Below, piece after piece: positions 39,068 through 47,180 of a DNA stretch of 64,000 nucleotides; position 1 is the first letter of the stretch; the number at the start of each line of letters is the position of its first letter. The notes under the pieces are model-generated. The model saw only the letters and a program-made list of their open reading frames with translations, made no database searches and had not been told where the DNA came from. Position numbers and translations under genes: made by a program. The DNA comes from Pseudomonadota bacterium (lineage in GTDB: Bacteria; Bdellovibrionota_G; JALEGL01; DATDPG01): NCBI GenBank assembly GCA_043809315.1, contig JAZDDX010000016.1, positions 32,001-96,000 on the forward strand, read 5' to 3'.

Positions 39068-39550
39068 ATGAAACAAGCCTACGCAATAACCGTTCTAAGT
39101 TTGGTTCTGCTGGCATCGGCCCACCAGGGGATGGCCGGGGAAGCCGGGATAATTCCAGTTTTTAAATCAGAGGGGGTCGCATGGGCATTGGCTCTTGATC
39201 CGATTCCGGGGGATGCACTCTTCTACGCAGGGAAACCGATCCAGGGAACGATCAACTTATTGCTCGGGCTTCCCGGTGGGGCCGCGTTTTTTGCTGGCCT
39301 CGCAATGATGGCGAGCATGCCCGACCACTGCGATGACGAAGGTGACTGCCGGGGAATTCCGGCAGCATTCGTCGCTCTCGGCGGGCTTCTCTATTTCCCG
39401 ATGCTGATCTGGGACGCCGCGGGTGGAATTTCGGGGGTTCAGGAACACAACCAGCAGATCCGCCGACAGAGTTCGTTCTTCGAGCGCTTCCAACCTGCGA
39501 TTGCAGTTACAAACAATGGGGTGTTCGCCGGTGCGAAGATCCATTTCTAG
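39068..39550 (+). CDS. secreted/membrane protein, DPIPGDAL family paralog A
   Basis: Signal peptide, ALDPIPGDALFYAGK, hydrophobic hairpin, C-terminal PAIAVTNNGVFAGAKIHF. Confidence 0.8.
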   Translation: MKQAYAITVLSLVLLASAHQGMAGEAGIIPVFKSEGVAWALALDPIPGDALFYAGKPIQGTINLLLGLPGGAAFFAGLAMMASMPDHCDDEGDCRGIPAAFVALGGLLYFPMLIWDAAGGISGVQEHNQQIRRQSSFFERFQPAIAVTNNGVFAGAKIHF

Positions 39551-39560
39551 AGAGGTGTTC

Positions 39561-40040
39561 GTGAGGATGATCGTGATCATCGGACTCATCGCTGGGATTC
39601 TCACTCTGACGGAAACCGTCAGGGCCCAAGAATGGGATGACGGCCTAACACTGAAATCGGTCACGTTCGCCAGAGTATTGGGGTTGGACCCGATCCCGGG
39701 GGACGCGCTTCTTTACTCGGGCCATCCGGGACAGGCCGCTGGTAGTCTTCTCATGGCCGGTGCGGGCGCCGGGTTGTTCCTCCTTGGAACTCGGTCGCAC
39801 TGCAGTATCGACTACGAGGTAAAAGCAGGTTGCGGTGGTCTCGGAGCGTTCGGAGGGATGGGTCTCGGAGTTCTGATGTACCTGGGATCGCTCATCTGGG
39901 ACTACGTCGGCGGCGTCGATGGAACCGAAGAATACAATGAGAAGGCGATCGCAAGACCGGTCTCTTTCTGGAGCAACGTCGAACCGACGGTGGCCGTCAC
40001 AAATGATGGTGCGGTTGCGGGCGTAAGAATAAGATTCTGA
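39561..40040 (+). CDS. secreted/membrane protein, DPIPGDAL family paralog B
   Basis: GAGG upstream of GTG; GLDPIPGDALLYSGH...PTVAVTNDGAVAGVRIRF. Confidence 0.8.
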   Translation: MRMIVIIGLIAGILTLTETVRAQEWDDGLTLKSVTFARVLGLDPIPGDALLYSGHPGQAAGSLLMAGAGAGLFLLGTRSHCSIDYEVKAGCGGLGAFGGMGLGVLMYLGSLIWDYVGGVDGTEEYNEKAIARPVSFWSNVEPTVAVTNDGAVAGVRIRF

Positions 40041-40050
40041 GGAGAGCGCC

Positions 40051-40530
40051 ATGAAGACAAAACTGATCGCGTTGACTCTGTTCGCAAGTCTCGTACTCGT
40101 AAACGGAACGAGTTGGGCAGGTGAGGACAATCCCCAACTTAAGTCGATGGGCGTGGCCACGGTCCTGGCCCTCGATCCAATCCCAGCGGACGCGCTCTTC
40201 TATGCCGGAAAGTCGGGTCAGGGAGTGGCAAATTTCCTAATCGGCACTCTCGGAGGCTTTCTGTTTTGGGCCGGCATGTACGACAATCTGACGATGTCCC
40301 CCGCCGAGAAGCACGACCTTAGCAGCATCGGCACCGGCGTCATGATCTCCTTCGGTGCCATATTGTACTTCCCAGCATTGCTGTGGGATGCCCTCGGAGG
40401 ACTTGCCGGCACAGCTGCGCACAACCGGCGCGTTCAAGAAAGAACGCATCACTCGATTCTGGAGCGTGTTCGACCGACCCTGGCCGTAACCCAAAACGGC
40501 GCGTTTGCGGGGGCACAGATCACCTTCTAA
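40051..40530 (+). CDS. secreted/membrane protein, DPIPGDAL family paralog C
   Basis: SD GAGGAG; ALDPIPADALFYAGK...PTLAVTQNGAFAGAQITF. Confidence 0.8.
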   Translation: MKTKLIALTLFASLVLVNGTSWAGEDNPQLKSMGVATVLALDPIPADALFYAGKSGQGVANFLIGTLGGFLFWAGMYDNLTMSPAEKHDLSSIGTGVMISFGAILYFPALLWDALGGLAGTAAHNRRVQERTHHSILERVRPTLAVTQNGAFAGAQITF

Positions 40531-40535
40531 CCCCC

Positions 40536-42191
40536 ATGATCAACTCAGCCAAAACAAGAACGGTTCTCGGCTTGATCTATCTCCTGGCCGGCGCTTTATT
40601 GGCCGCGGTCGTGACGCTCCATGCCTTCGGGACGGTTAACCAATCGTTCCACGGCATCCTGCCGTTCGAAAACGGCTACGTCGGCGCCTTCACACAGCCG
40701 AGTTGGGAAGGGGGCAAACTCGGTCTCAAATATCACGATCGGATCGACGCTCTGAAGTTGGCGCTCTCCACGCTCTCATCGGCCGACGTCTTCTCGATCT
40801 TCGTGCCCCTGGCCGCGACCGGCATCTGCTTTCTCCTGATCGGCGCCTTCGCCTTCTTCATCTACCCCGCCCCTCCCGGGATCCTGCCGTTTCTCTCGTA
40901 TTGCGGTGCCGCCGGCGTTTACTTTCTGACCGCCTACGACTTTCACACGACTTATCGCTTCGTTCCGCTTCTCTTGATCACGTTCACCTTCATCCCGGCG
41001 ACCGTCATCCACTTAGCTGTCGCCTTCCCCAAACCGATTGTGCAGAAAAAGGTGCAGAGACTCGCCACCCTCCTCGCCTACCTCATCTCCGTCGTCATCG
41101 GGATTCCCTATCTGTCTCTATTCCACTCCCAACCCACCCTATGGGTCCGAGCCGAATACAGCGTCGTCGCCTACCTCTCGGCCGCCTACCTCCTCTGGAC
41201 CGGCGTCATGATCTACCGCGCGACGCGCGACCCGGACCAAGCAACCCGAGACCTATGCCGCCTCCTCCTGGTCCCCCTCTTGACCGCCTTCGGTCTTGTT
41301 TTCGTGGCCGGCTGGCTCGTTTTCGTCTTCAACCGCGCCATCCCCTTGAACTGGATCGCGCCGGTCTGCCTCATCTTTCCCGGCGCCATCGCCTACGCCA
41401 TGCTCCGGAGGAACCTCTTCTTCGTCGACTACCTCGAAACCCAGATCCAGAAGCGGACGCAGGAACTGAACGAAGCGACCAAGCTCGCGGCGGTCGGCCT
41501 TCTCGCAGCGGGAACGGCGCACGAGATCGGAAACGCGATGAACTTGGTCTCCAGCAACGTGCCGGTCTTGCGAAAGTATGCCGATCGTCTTCTCGCTCTC
41601 GGATCACGGGCATCGGTCGAAGAAAAAGAAAAGGCCGACTTCCAGTTCGTTCAATCCGATCTCCCCGATCTTCTTTCGAATCTGGACCGCGGAGCTCAGC
41701 GCGCCATGGGGATCGCGACCGACTTGAAAACGTTCGCCCGTCCCCAGGCTAGCGAAAGGGGAGAGATCGACCTTGCCGAAGCGATCGAAGCGACCCTCCG
41801 CCTTCTGCGCACCGAACTCGGCACACGCATCGCGGTGAAGAAACAGTTTTCGCCGTCTCTTCCCAAGCCGGTCGGATTTCCGGGACAGATCCACCAGGTC
41901 GTCTTGAACCTCCTCCTGAACGCCATCCAAGCGATCGATGGAGAGGGAACGATCGAGATCGGCGTCCGCGCCGAGGGGAGACAACTGATCGCCACGATCC
42001 GCGACAGCGGCAGAGGGATCCCCCCCGAGGAGTTGAACCGGATCTTCGAGCCGTTCTTTACGACCAAGGAGAAAGGGACCGGGTTGGGGCTCTCCGTCAG
42101 CTACGGGATCATCGCCGCCCACGGCGGGAAATTATCGGTTGCGAGCGCACCGGGGCAGGGTACCATCGTGACGATGGTCCTGCCGATATGA
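40536..42191 (+). CDS. multi-TM sensor histidine kinase
   Basis: About 8 hydrophobic segments; AHEIGNAM, NLLLNAIQA, DSGRGI, PFFTTK, GTGLGL. Confidence 0.9.
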   Translation: MINSAKTRTVLGLIYLLAGALLAAVVTLHAFGTVNQSFHGILPFENGYVGAFTQPSWEGGKLGLKYHDRIDALKLALSTLSSADVFSIFVPLAATGICFLLIGAFAFFIYPAPPGILPFLSYCGAAGVYFLTAYDFHTTYRFVPLLLITFTFIPATVIHLAVAFPKPIVQKKVQRLATLLAYLISVVIGIPYLSLFHSQPTLWVRAEYSVVAYLSAAYLLWTGVMIYRATRDPDQATRDLCRLLLVPLLTAFGLVFVAGWLVFVFNRAIPLNWIAPVCLIFPGAIAYAMLRRNLFFVDYLETQIQKRTQELNEATKLAAVGLLAAGTAHEIGNAMNLVSSNVPVLRKYADRLLALGSRASVEEKEKADFQFVQSDLPDLLSNLDRGAQRAMGIATDLKTFARPQASERGEIDLAEAIEATLRLLRTELGTRIAVKKQFSPSLPKPVGFPGQIHQVVLNLLLNAIQAIDGEGTIEIGVRAEGRQLIATIRDSGRGIPPEELNRIFEPFFTTKEKGTGLGLSVSYGIIAAHGGKLSVASAPGQGTIVTMVLPI

Positions 42192-43552
42192 CGACACGAA
42201 AGATCCTCTACGTAGACGACGATAAAGAAAACCTCTCGACGCTCCGAAGGGTCCTCCGCGGGGAGTACGACGTCGAGACGGCAGAGAACGCCGAGCAGGG
42301 GCTTGCGACCCTCAAAAGGCTCCCATTTGCGGTCGTCGTTGCAGATCAACGAATGCCGGGGAAAACCGGCGTCGAGTTCCTCAAGGAGGCGATCGCTCTC
42401 GACCCGAACCGCGTCGGGATCCTTTTGACCGCCTACGCCGACCTGAAGCCGTTGGTGGAAGGGGTCAACTCCGGATCGATCTACCGATATCTGACAAAAC
42501 CATGGCAGGAAGCAGACCTTCGAGCTGCTCTTCGCCAAGCGTTCGAGAAGTTCGATCTCGTTCAACAAAGAGACCGCCTTCTCGAAGAGTTGAAACGGAC
42601 CAATCGATACTTGCGCGACGAGATCGACGGTCAGTTCGACTACTCGGCTCTTGCCGGGGCGGAGAAGGGGCTCAAGGGGGTCGTCGGAATGATCACGAAA
42701 GTCGGTCCGACGAACTCGACCGTCTTGGTCCGCGGTGAAAGCGGTTCCGGGAAAGAGCTGGTGGCGCGCGCGATCCATGCGGCGAGCTCTCGAAAAGAGA
42801 AGCCGTTCGTGCGGGTCAACTGCGGGTCGCTCGCGGAGGGGCTCCTCGAGAGCGAACTTTTCGGTCACGAAAAAGGGGCGTTCACCGGTGCGGCGGCACG
42901 TCGAATCGGCCGGTTCGAGTCTGCCGACGGCGGAACGATCTTCCTGGACGAAGTAGGGGACATCTCCCCGAAGCTTCAGGTGAGCCTCTTGCGCGTCATC
43001 CAGGAGAGAGAGTTCGAGCGGGTCGGCGGAAACGAGACGATCCGCGTCGACGTCCGGCTGATCGCGGCGACGCACCAGGATCTCGAAGGGATGGTCAAGG
43101 AGGGGAAGTTCCGCGAGGACCTCTACTACCGTCTGAACGTCTTCCCAATCACGATCCCACCTCTCCGGGATCGGCTGGAGGATCTCCCCACGCTCTGTTC
43201 GCGTCTCCTTGAGCGGGCGGCGAAGAACACCGGCGTCGCGCTCAAGAAAATCTCGCCGGAGGCGATGGCAAAGCTTGACGCGTACGACTGGCCCGGGAAC
43301 GTCCGGGAACTCGAGAACGTACTGGAGCGGTCACTGATTCTCGCCGCAGGGGATACGATCGTACCTGACGATTTGGTCCTCGGCCCCGGGATCGACGAAT
43401 CGATCGCGCTAACCGATGCCTCGACCTTGAGCAAGGAACAGATCTTAGAAACGATTCAGGCGTGCGGCGGGAACAAGGTGGAGGCGGCGCGAAAGCTTGG
43501 GATCAAGCGCCCGACGCTCTACTACCACCTGAAGCGACTCGGGATCTCCTAA
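42188..43552 (+). CDS. sigma-54-dependent response regulator (bEBP)
   Basis: ILYVDDD, ADQRMP, GESGSGKE, GAFTGA, WPGNVREL, HTH; overlaps kinase stop. Confidence 0.95.
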   Translation: MTTRKILYVDDDKENLSTLRRVLRGEYDVETAENAEQGLATLKRLPFAVVVADQRMPGKTGVEFLKEAIALDPNRVGILLTAYADLKPLVEGVNSGSIYRYLTKPWQEADLRAALRQAFEKFDLVQQRDRLLEELKRTNRYLRDEIDGQFDYSALAGAEKGLKGVVGMITKVGPTNSTVLVRGESGSGKELVARAIHAASSRKEKPFVRVNCGSLAEGLLESELFGHEKGAFTGAAARRIGRFESADGGTIFLDEVGDISPKLQVSLLRVIQEREFERVGGNETIRVDVRLIAATHQDLEGMVKEGKFREDLYYRLNVFPITIPPLRDRLEDLPTLCSRLLERAAKNTGVALKKISPEAMAKLDAYDWPGNVRELENVLERSLILAAGDTIVPDDLVLGPGIDESIALTDASTLSKEQILETIQACGGNKVEAARKLGIKRPTLYYHLKRLGIS

Positions 43553-44469
43553 GCGCTGCGCTCTTCGAGATAGCGAGCCGCCTCGATCGCGGCCATGCAT
43601 CCCGATCCGGCCGCGGTGATCGCCTGGCGGTAGACGTGATCCTGGACATCCCCCGCCGCGAAAACCCCTTCGATGCTGGTCCCTGTTCCGCCGTTCTTTG
43701 TGACAATGTAGCCGGTCGGAGAAAGTTCGAGGTGCCCTTCAAATAGTTTCGTATTTGGCTGGTGACCGATCGCGACGAAAAGGCCGGTCGCATCGAGCTG
43801 CCGCGTCTTTCCGCTCTTCACATCCTTGAGGCGCAAGCCGGTCACGTCTTTTTCCCCCGAGATTTCGTCCACCACGGCGTTCAGGACGAGCTCGATCTTC
43901 GGGTTCTTCTTGACCCGCTCCAGCATGATGTTCGAGGCCCGGAACTGGTCTCGCCGATGGATCAGGTAGAGCTTCGACGCGAACCTCGTAAGGAAGAGCA
44001 CTTCCTCCATCGCCGTATCCCCGCCGCCGACCACCGCGACGACCTGGTTCCGGAAGAACGCCCCGTCACAGGTGGCACAGACGGAAACCCCGCGCCCCAT
44101 CAACCGTTGCTCCTCCGGTCGCCCCAACAGCTTCGCGGTAGCGCCGGTCGCGACGATCACCGTCTCGGTCTCGATCTTCTCGCTCCCCACCTCGATTGCG
44201 AACGGCCGTTTCTTGAAGTTCACCTTCGTAACGTCCTTGCCGACGATCCTCGTTCCGAAACGCTCCGCCTGCTTCCGGAAGAGCCCCATCAAATCGGGAC
44301 CGACCACCCCATCCGGAAACCCGGGGAAGTTCTCGACCTCCGTCGTCGTCATCAGCTGCCCCCCCGCCGCAAACCCCTCGAAAAGGAGCGGGTTCAAGAG
44401 TGCTCGGGAGGTGTAAATCGCGGCGGTCAGACCGGCCGGGCCGGACCCGATAATCGTCACTTTTTCCAT
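43549..44469 (-). CDS. trxB: thioredoxin-disulfide reductase
   Basis: IIGSGPAG, GGQLMTTTEVENFPG, CATCDG, GGGDTA, YRQAITAAGSG. Confidence 0.97.
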   Translation of the reverse strand: MEKVTIIGSGPAGLTAAIYTSRALLNPLLFEGFAAGGQLMTTTEVENFPGFPDGVVGPDLMGLFRKQAERFGTRIVGKDVTKVNFKKRPFAIEVGSEKIETETVIVATGATAKLLGRPEEQRLMGRGVSVCATCDGAFFRNQVVAVVGGGDTAMEEVLFLTRFASKLYLIHRRDQFRASNIMLERVKKNPKIELVLNAVVDEISGEKDVTGLRLKDVKSGKTRQLDATGLFVAIGHQPNTKLFEGHLELSPTGYIVTKNGGTGTSIEGVFAAGDVQDHVYRQAITAAGSGCMAAIEAARYLEERSA

Positions 44470-44548
44470 AGGCGGAGATAATCTAGTCACCTTGGGAGTC
44501 GTCGACAAGGGTTTCGCGAAACCGGGGCCCCATGGTATGTTGCAGTCG

Positions 44549-44911
44549 GTGCCGAAGGAGCAGGAAAAACGAAGAGTAGGGCCGCGGGCTCGGGTCGAGG
44601 TCGATATCGACCTCTCAGCGTTCGGCCACTACGATTTGAGCAAGCTCACCAACGTCTCGATCGGCGGCGCGTTCATCCGAACCACGGCCGTCCAGCCGAT
44701 CGGAACCCGGATCGGGATGACGTTTCACCTGCCGGGAGACAGCGAGGCGATCCGGGCGGAAGGGGAAGTGGTCTGGGTCTACAACCAACCGGGAAAAGGG
44801 CGGATGAACATGACCGGGATGGGGCTCCGGTTCGTCGAGATCGACTCGAACCATCGGGAAAAGATCCGAAAGTTCGTCGAAGACGCTACGATCGACGAGC
44901 TAATCTCGTAA
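44549..44911 (+). CDS. PilZ-domain protein (TIGR02266-like)
   Basis: RRVGPR (RxxxR) and NVSIGG (D/NxSxxG) c-di-GMP motifs, GEVVW, GMGLRF; start GTG 44549 or ATG 44537. Confidence 0.88.
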   Translation: MPKEQEKRRVGPRARVEVDIDLSAFGHYDLSKLTNVSIGGAFIRTTAVQPIGTRIGMTFHLPGDSEAIRAEGEVVWVYNQPGKGRMNMTGMGLRFVEIDSNHREKIRKFVEDATIDELIS

Positions 44912-45287
44912 GCACCGGTCGATCCGCCTCCAAAAAATCATATCGATCAAATTCATCCCGAGCGACCCAGGCCAACGCTTTGTGTTCGTTGGATCGAGTG
45001 ATCGCCCCACGGATCCACGAGCAATGATAAAGACACAGACGGATCGAAAGGGTCGGATAATCGTGTTCGGTTTCGCTCTCGAGTTCCCCCACGGTAATGT
45101 CAATCCCCAGCTCTTCCCGGATCTCACGTCGGAGCGCCTCTTGATCCCCCTCCCCCTCCCGGACCTTCCCGCCGGCGAACTCCCACTTTCCCGCGAACGG
45201 CCCCGTTCCGGCCCGCTGCGTGGCCAGAAACTTCCCGTCTTTTTCAATGAGCGCCCCCACGACCCGGATTTTTCTTCGCGGCTCCAT
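44886..45287 (-). CDS. NUDIX hydrolase, MutT-like
   Basis: WEFAGGKVREGEGDQEALRREIREELGI Nudix box, HDYP, FLEAD. Confidence 0.9.
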   Translation of the reverse strand: MEPRRKIRVVGALIEKDGKFLATQRAGTGPFAGKWEFAGGKVREGEGDQEALRREIREELGIDITVGELESETEHDYPTLSIRLCLYHCSWIRGAITRSNEHKALAWVARDEFDRYDFLEADRPVLTRLARRS

Positions 45288-45317
45288 TCCGTCGCCGTTT
45301 GAGATACCATCTTCTCG

Positions 45318-45989
45318 ATGAAGCGGCCATGGATTGGAATCGCCCCGTATCTTCGGACCAAGGAAAACGGAGTTGAAACGATCGGCGCCGATCGATCGTA
45401 CGTCGACGCCGTGGAGAAAGTTGGGGGGCTGGTCCTGATCCTGACACTCGACACCAAACGGATCTCCGAATACCTCCGCCTCTTGGACGGCCTTCTTCTG
45501 ACCGGCGGCAAAGACATCCACCCGAAGTTCTACGGGGAGCGATTGCCCGCCGGGCCAGCCGACCTATCTCCGGATGCAAGAACTGAGTTCGAGCTTGCGA
45601 TCACGAAAGAGTTCATCAACGGTCGAAAGCCGATCTTGGGAATTTGTCTCGGTTGCCAAACTCTGAATGTGGCGGCCGGAGGCACGTTGATCTTCGACCT
45701 ACCCAGCCATCAGAGGACGGAACACCCGATCACAATTGCCGAGAAAAGCCTGCTCGCCGGCATCATCGGCTCCCGTCGCCCGATCGTGAACTCCCGCCAT
45801 CATCAAGCGGTGAAAAAGCTGGGGCGAAAATTTATCCTCTCCGCGAAAGCGGACGACGGCGTGATCGAGGGGATCGAACTCCCCAGCCATCCGTTCGCCC
45901 TGGGGGTTCAGTGGCATCCCGAAGACGAGATGGATAAGAGTTCGAGTAAGAAACTGTTCCGGGCGTTTCTCCAAGCTTGCGGCGGTTAG
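45318..45989 (+). CDS. class I glutamine amidotransferase-like (peptidase C26 / PuuD-like)
   Basis: DGLLLTGG, PILGICLGCQ, VNSRHHQAV, GVQWHPE. Confidence 0.9.
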   Translation: MKRPWIGIAPYLRTKENGVETIGADRSYVDAVEKVGGLVLILTLDTKRISEYLRLLDGLLLTGGKDIHPKFYGERLPAGPADLSPDARTEFELAITKEFINGRKPILGICLGCQTLNVAAGGTLIFDLPSHQRTEHPITIAEKSLLAGIIGSRRPIVNSRHHQAVKKLGRKFILSAKADDGVIEGIELPSHPFALGVQWHPEDEMDKSSSKKLFRAFLQACGG

Positions 45990-47134
45990 ACCTTCCGGGC
46001 GGACGTAAGATTCTCTGCCTTGGTTTCCAAGGCGTACGCCGACCCGCGCTTCGGCTCTTCCGCGAACTTGAGCTCCAGGAGATCCCCCCGTCGCGTCGAA
46101 TTGAGCACCCCCCGTTCCCCGTCTTTTTTCCGATCGAACCGAATCGCGATCTTCCGATCGGGGGCGCAGACAATGAGGAGGTTCCCGTTCTTCGTCTCGA
46201 GCGGGTCGCTTAAGACACGGTACCGATCGGCCCGTGGAGGACCGTTCCCCTTCTGAACGACCAGGTACGAATACTTCAAAAGCCCCGAGTGATGGCCGAG
46301 CGTTCTCTCGAGCCGTCGGCGGATCGGAGGGGGGGACCATTTGACATCGAAATGGCACCAATCGCGCGGCTCCGCGTTCAACGGACAAACCCCGCCGTGG
46401 TCACAAGGGATCGGAGTCCGGATCGATCCTTTCTTCATCCACTGATCGCGGAACGCGGTCAGATCCCGGGCCGTCTTTTGTAACGCCGGGTCGATGAAGA
46501 TGATCATCCCTTCGGGGGCGACGTTTTCACGAAGGATGCGATCGAAGAACTCGACCCTTTGTTCGTCCCCGATCTTGAGCGACATCTCGTTCAAGACGTT
46601 GGAAGCAAAGACGAGGTCGAAAGCCCCCTGTCGTTGGAGCGTCCCCGGCGTACGCGGGTCGAGAAAATAGGCGTGAACGGTCCGGAGCTTGGGGCTCCAC
46701 TGCCAGATCTTCGCCGCGACCGGGAGGATCCTTTTCTCGCCGTCGAGAGCGGCCGCCTCGGTGATGCTGCCGCCGAACCGCTGTTGGGCCAGGGCAAGAG
46801 CCCAAAGAGAGGGAGCGGTCCCGCACCCCAAATCCAGAACGCGGACCGGTCGGTTCATCCAGAGTCCGCGGCGCTGGCACTCTTCCAGAACCGCCAGGGT
46901 CCGGGCGACGCTCGCGAGGTGGAAGTAGAGGAGGTACGCCGCCCTCCCCTCCTTCGTCGTGAAGTAATTGAGGTCGATCTCCTTGCGGTCGAGCGTGAAC
47001 CCGTCGGAGATCCGGCGGGAATGGGCCGCAAACGACTTGTATAACTGGGGAGGGATACTCTCCCCTTTCCAGGTCTGTCCCCAGCTGTCCCGATAGATGA
47101 ACGAGATCAGCGCGCGTTCGAGTTCTTCCCACAT
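45986..47134 (-). CDS. Rsm22/METTL17-like SAM-dependent methyltransferase
   Basis: AYLLYF, VLDLGCG, IDPA, IPCDHGGVCPL...DWCHF, KYSYL, RVLS. Confidence 0.75.
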   Translation of the reverse strand: MWEELERALISFIYRDSWGQTWKGESIPPQLYKSFAAHSRRISDGFTLDRKEIDLNYFTTKEGRAAYLLYFHLASVARTLAVLEECQRRGLWMNRPVRVLDLGCGTAPSLWALALAQQRFGGSITEAAALDGEKRILPVAAKIWQWSPKLRTVHAYFLDPRTPGTLQRQGAFDLVFASNVLNEMSLKIGDEQRVEFFDRILRENVAPEGMIIFIDPALQKTARDLTAFRDQWMKKGSIRTPIPCDHGGVCPLNAEPRDWCHFDVKWSPPPIRRRLERTLGHHSGLLKYSYLVVQKGNGPPRADRYRVLSDPLETKNGNLLIVCAPDRKIAIRFDRKKDGERGVLNSTRRGDLLELKFAEEPKRGSAYALETKAENLTSARKV

Positions 47135-47180
47135 CCTCGCCGTGTACTACCTGAAGAAGTCGTGATAGTCATTCGCCGCT

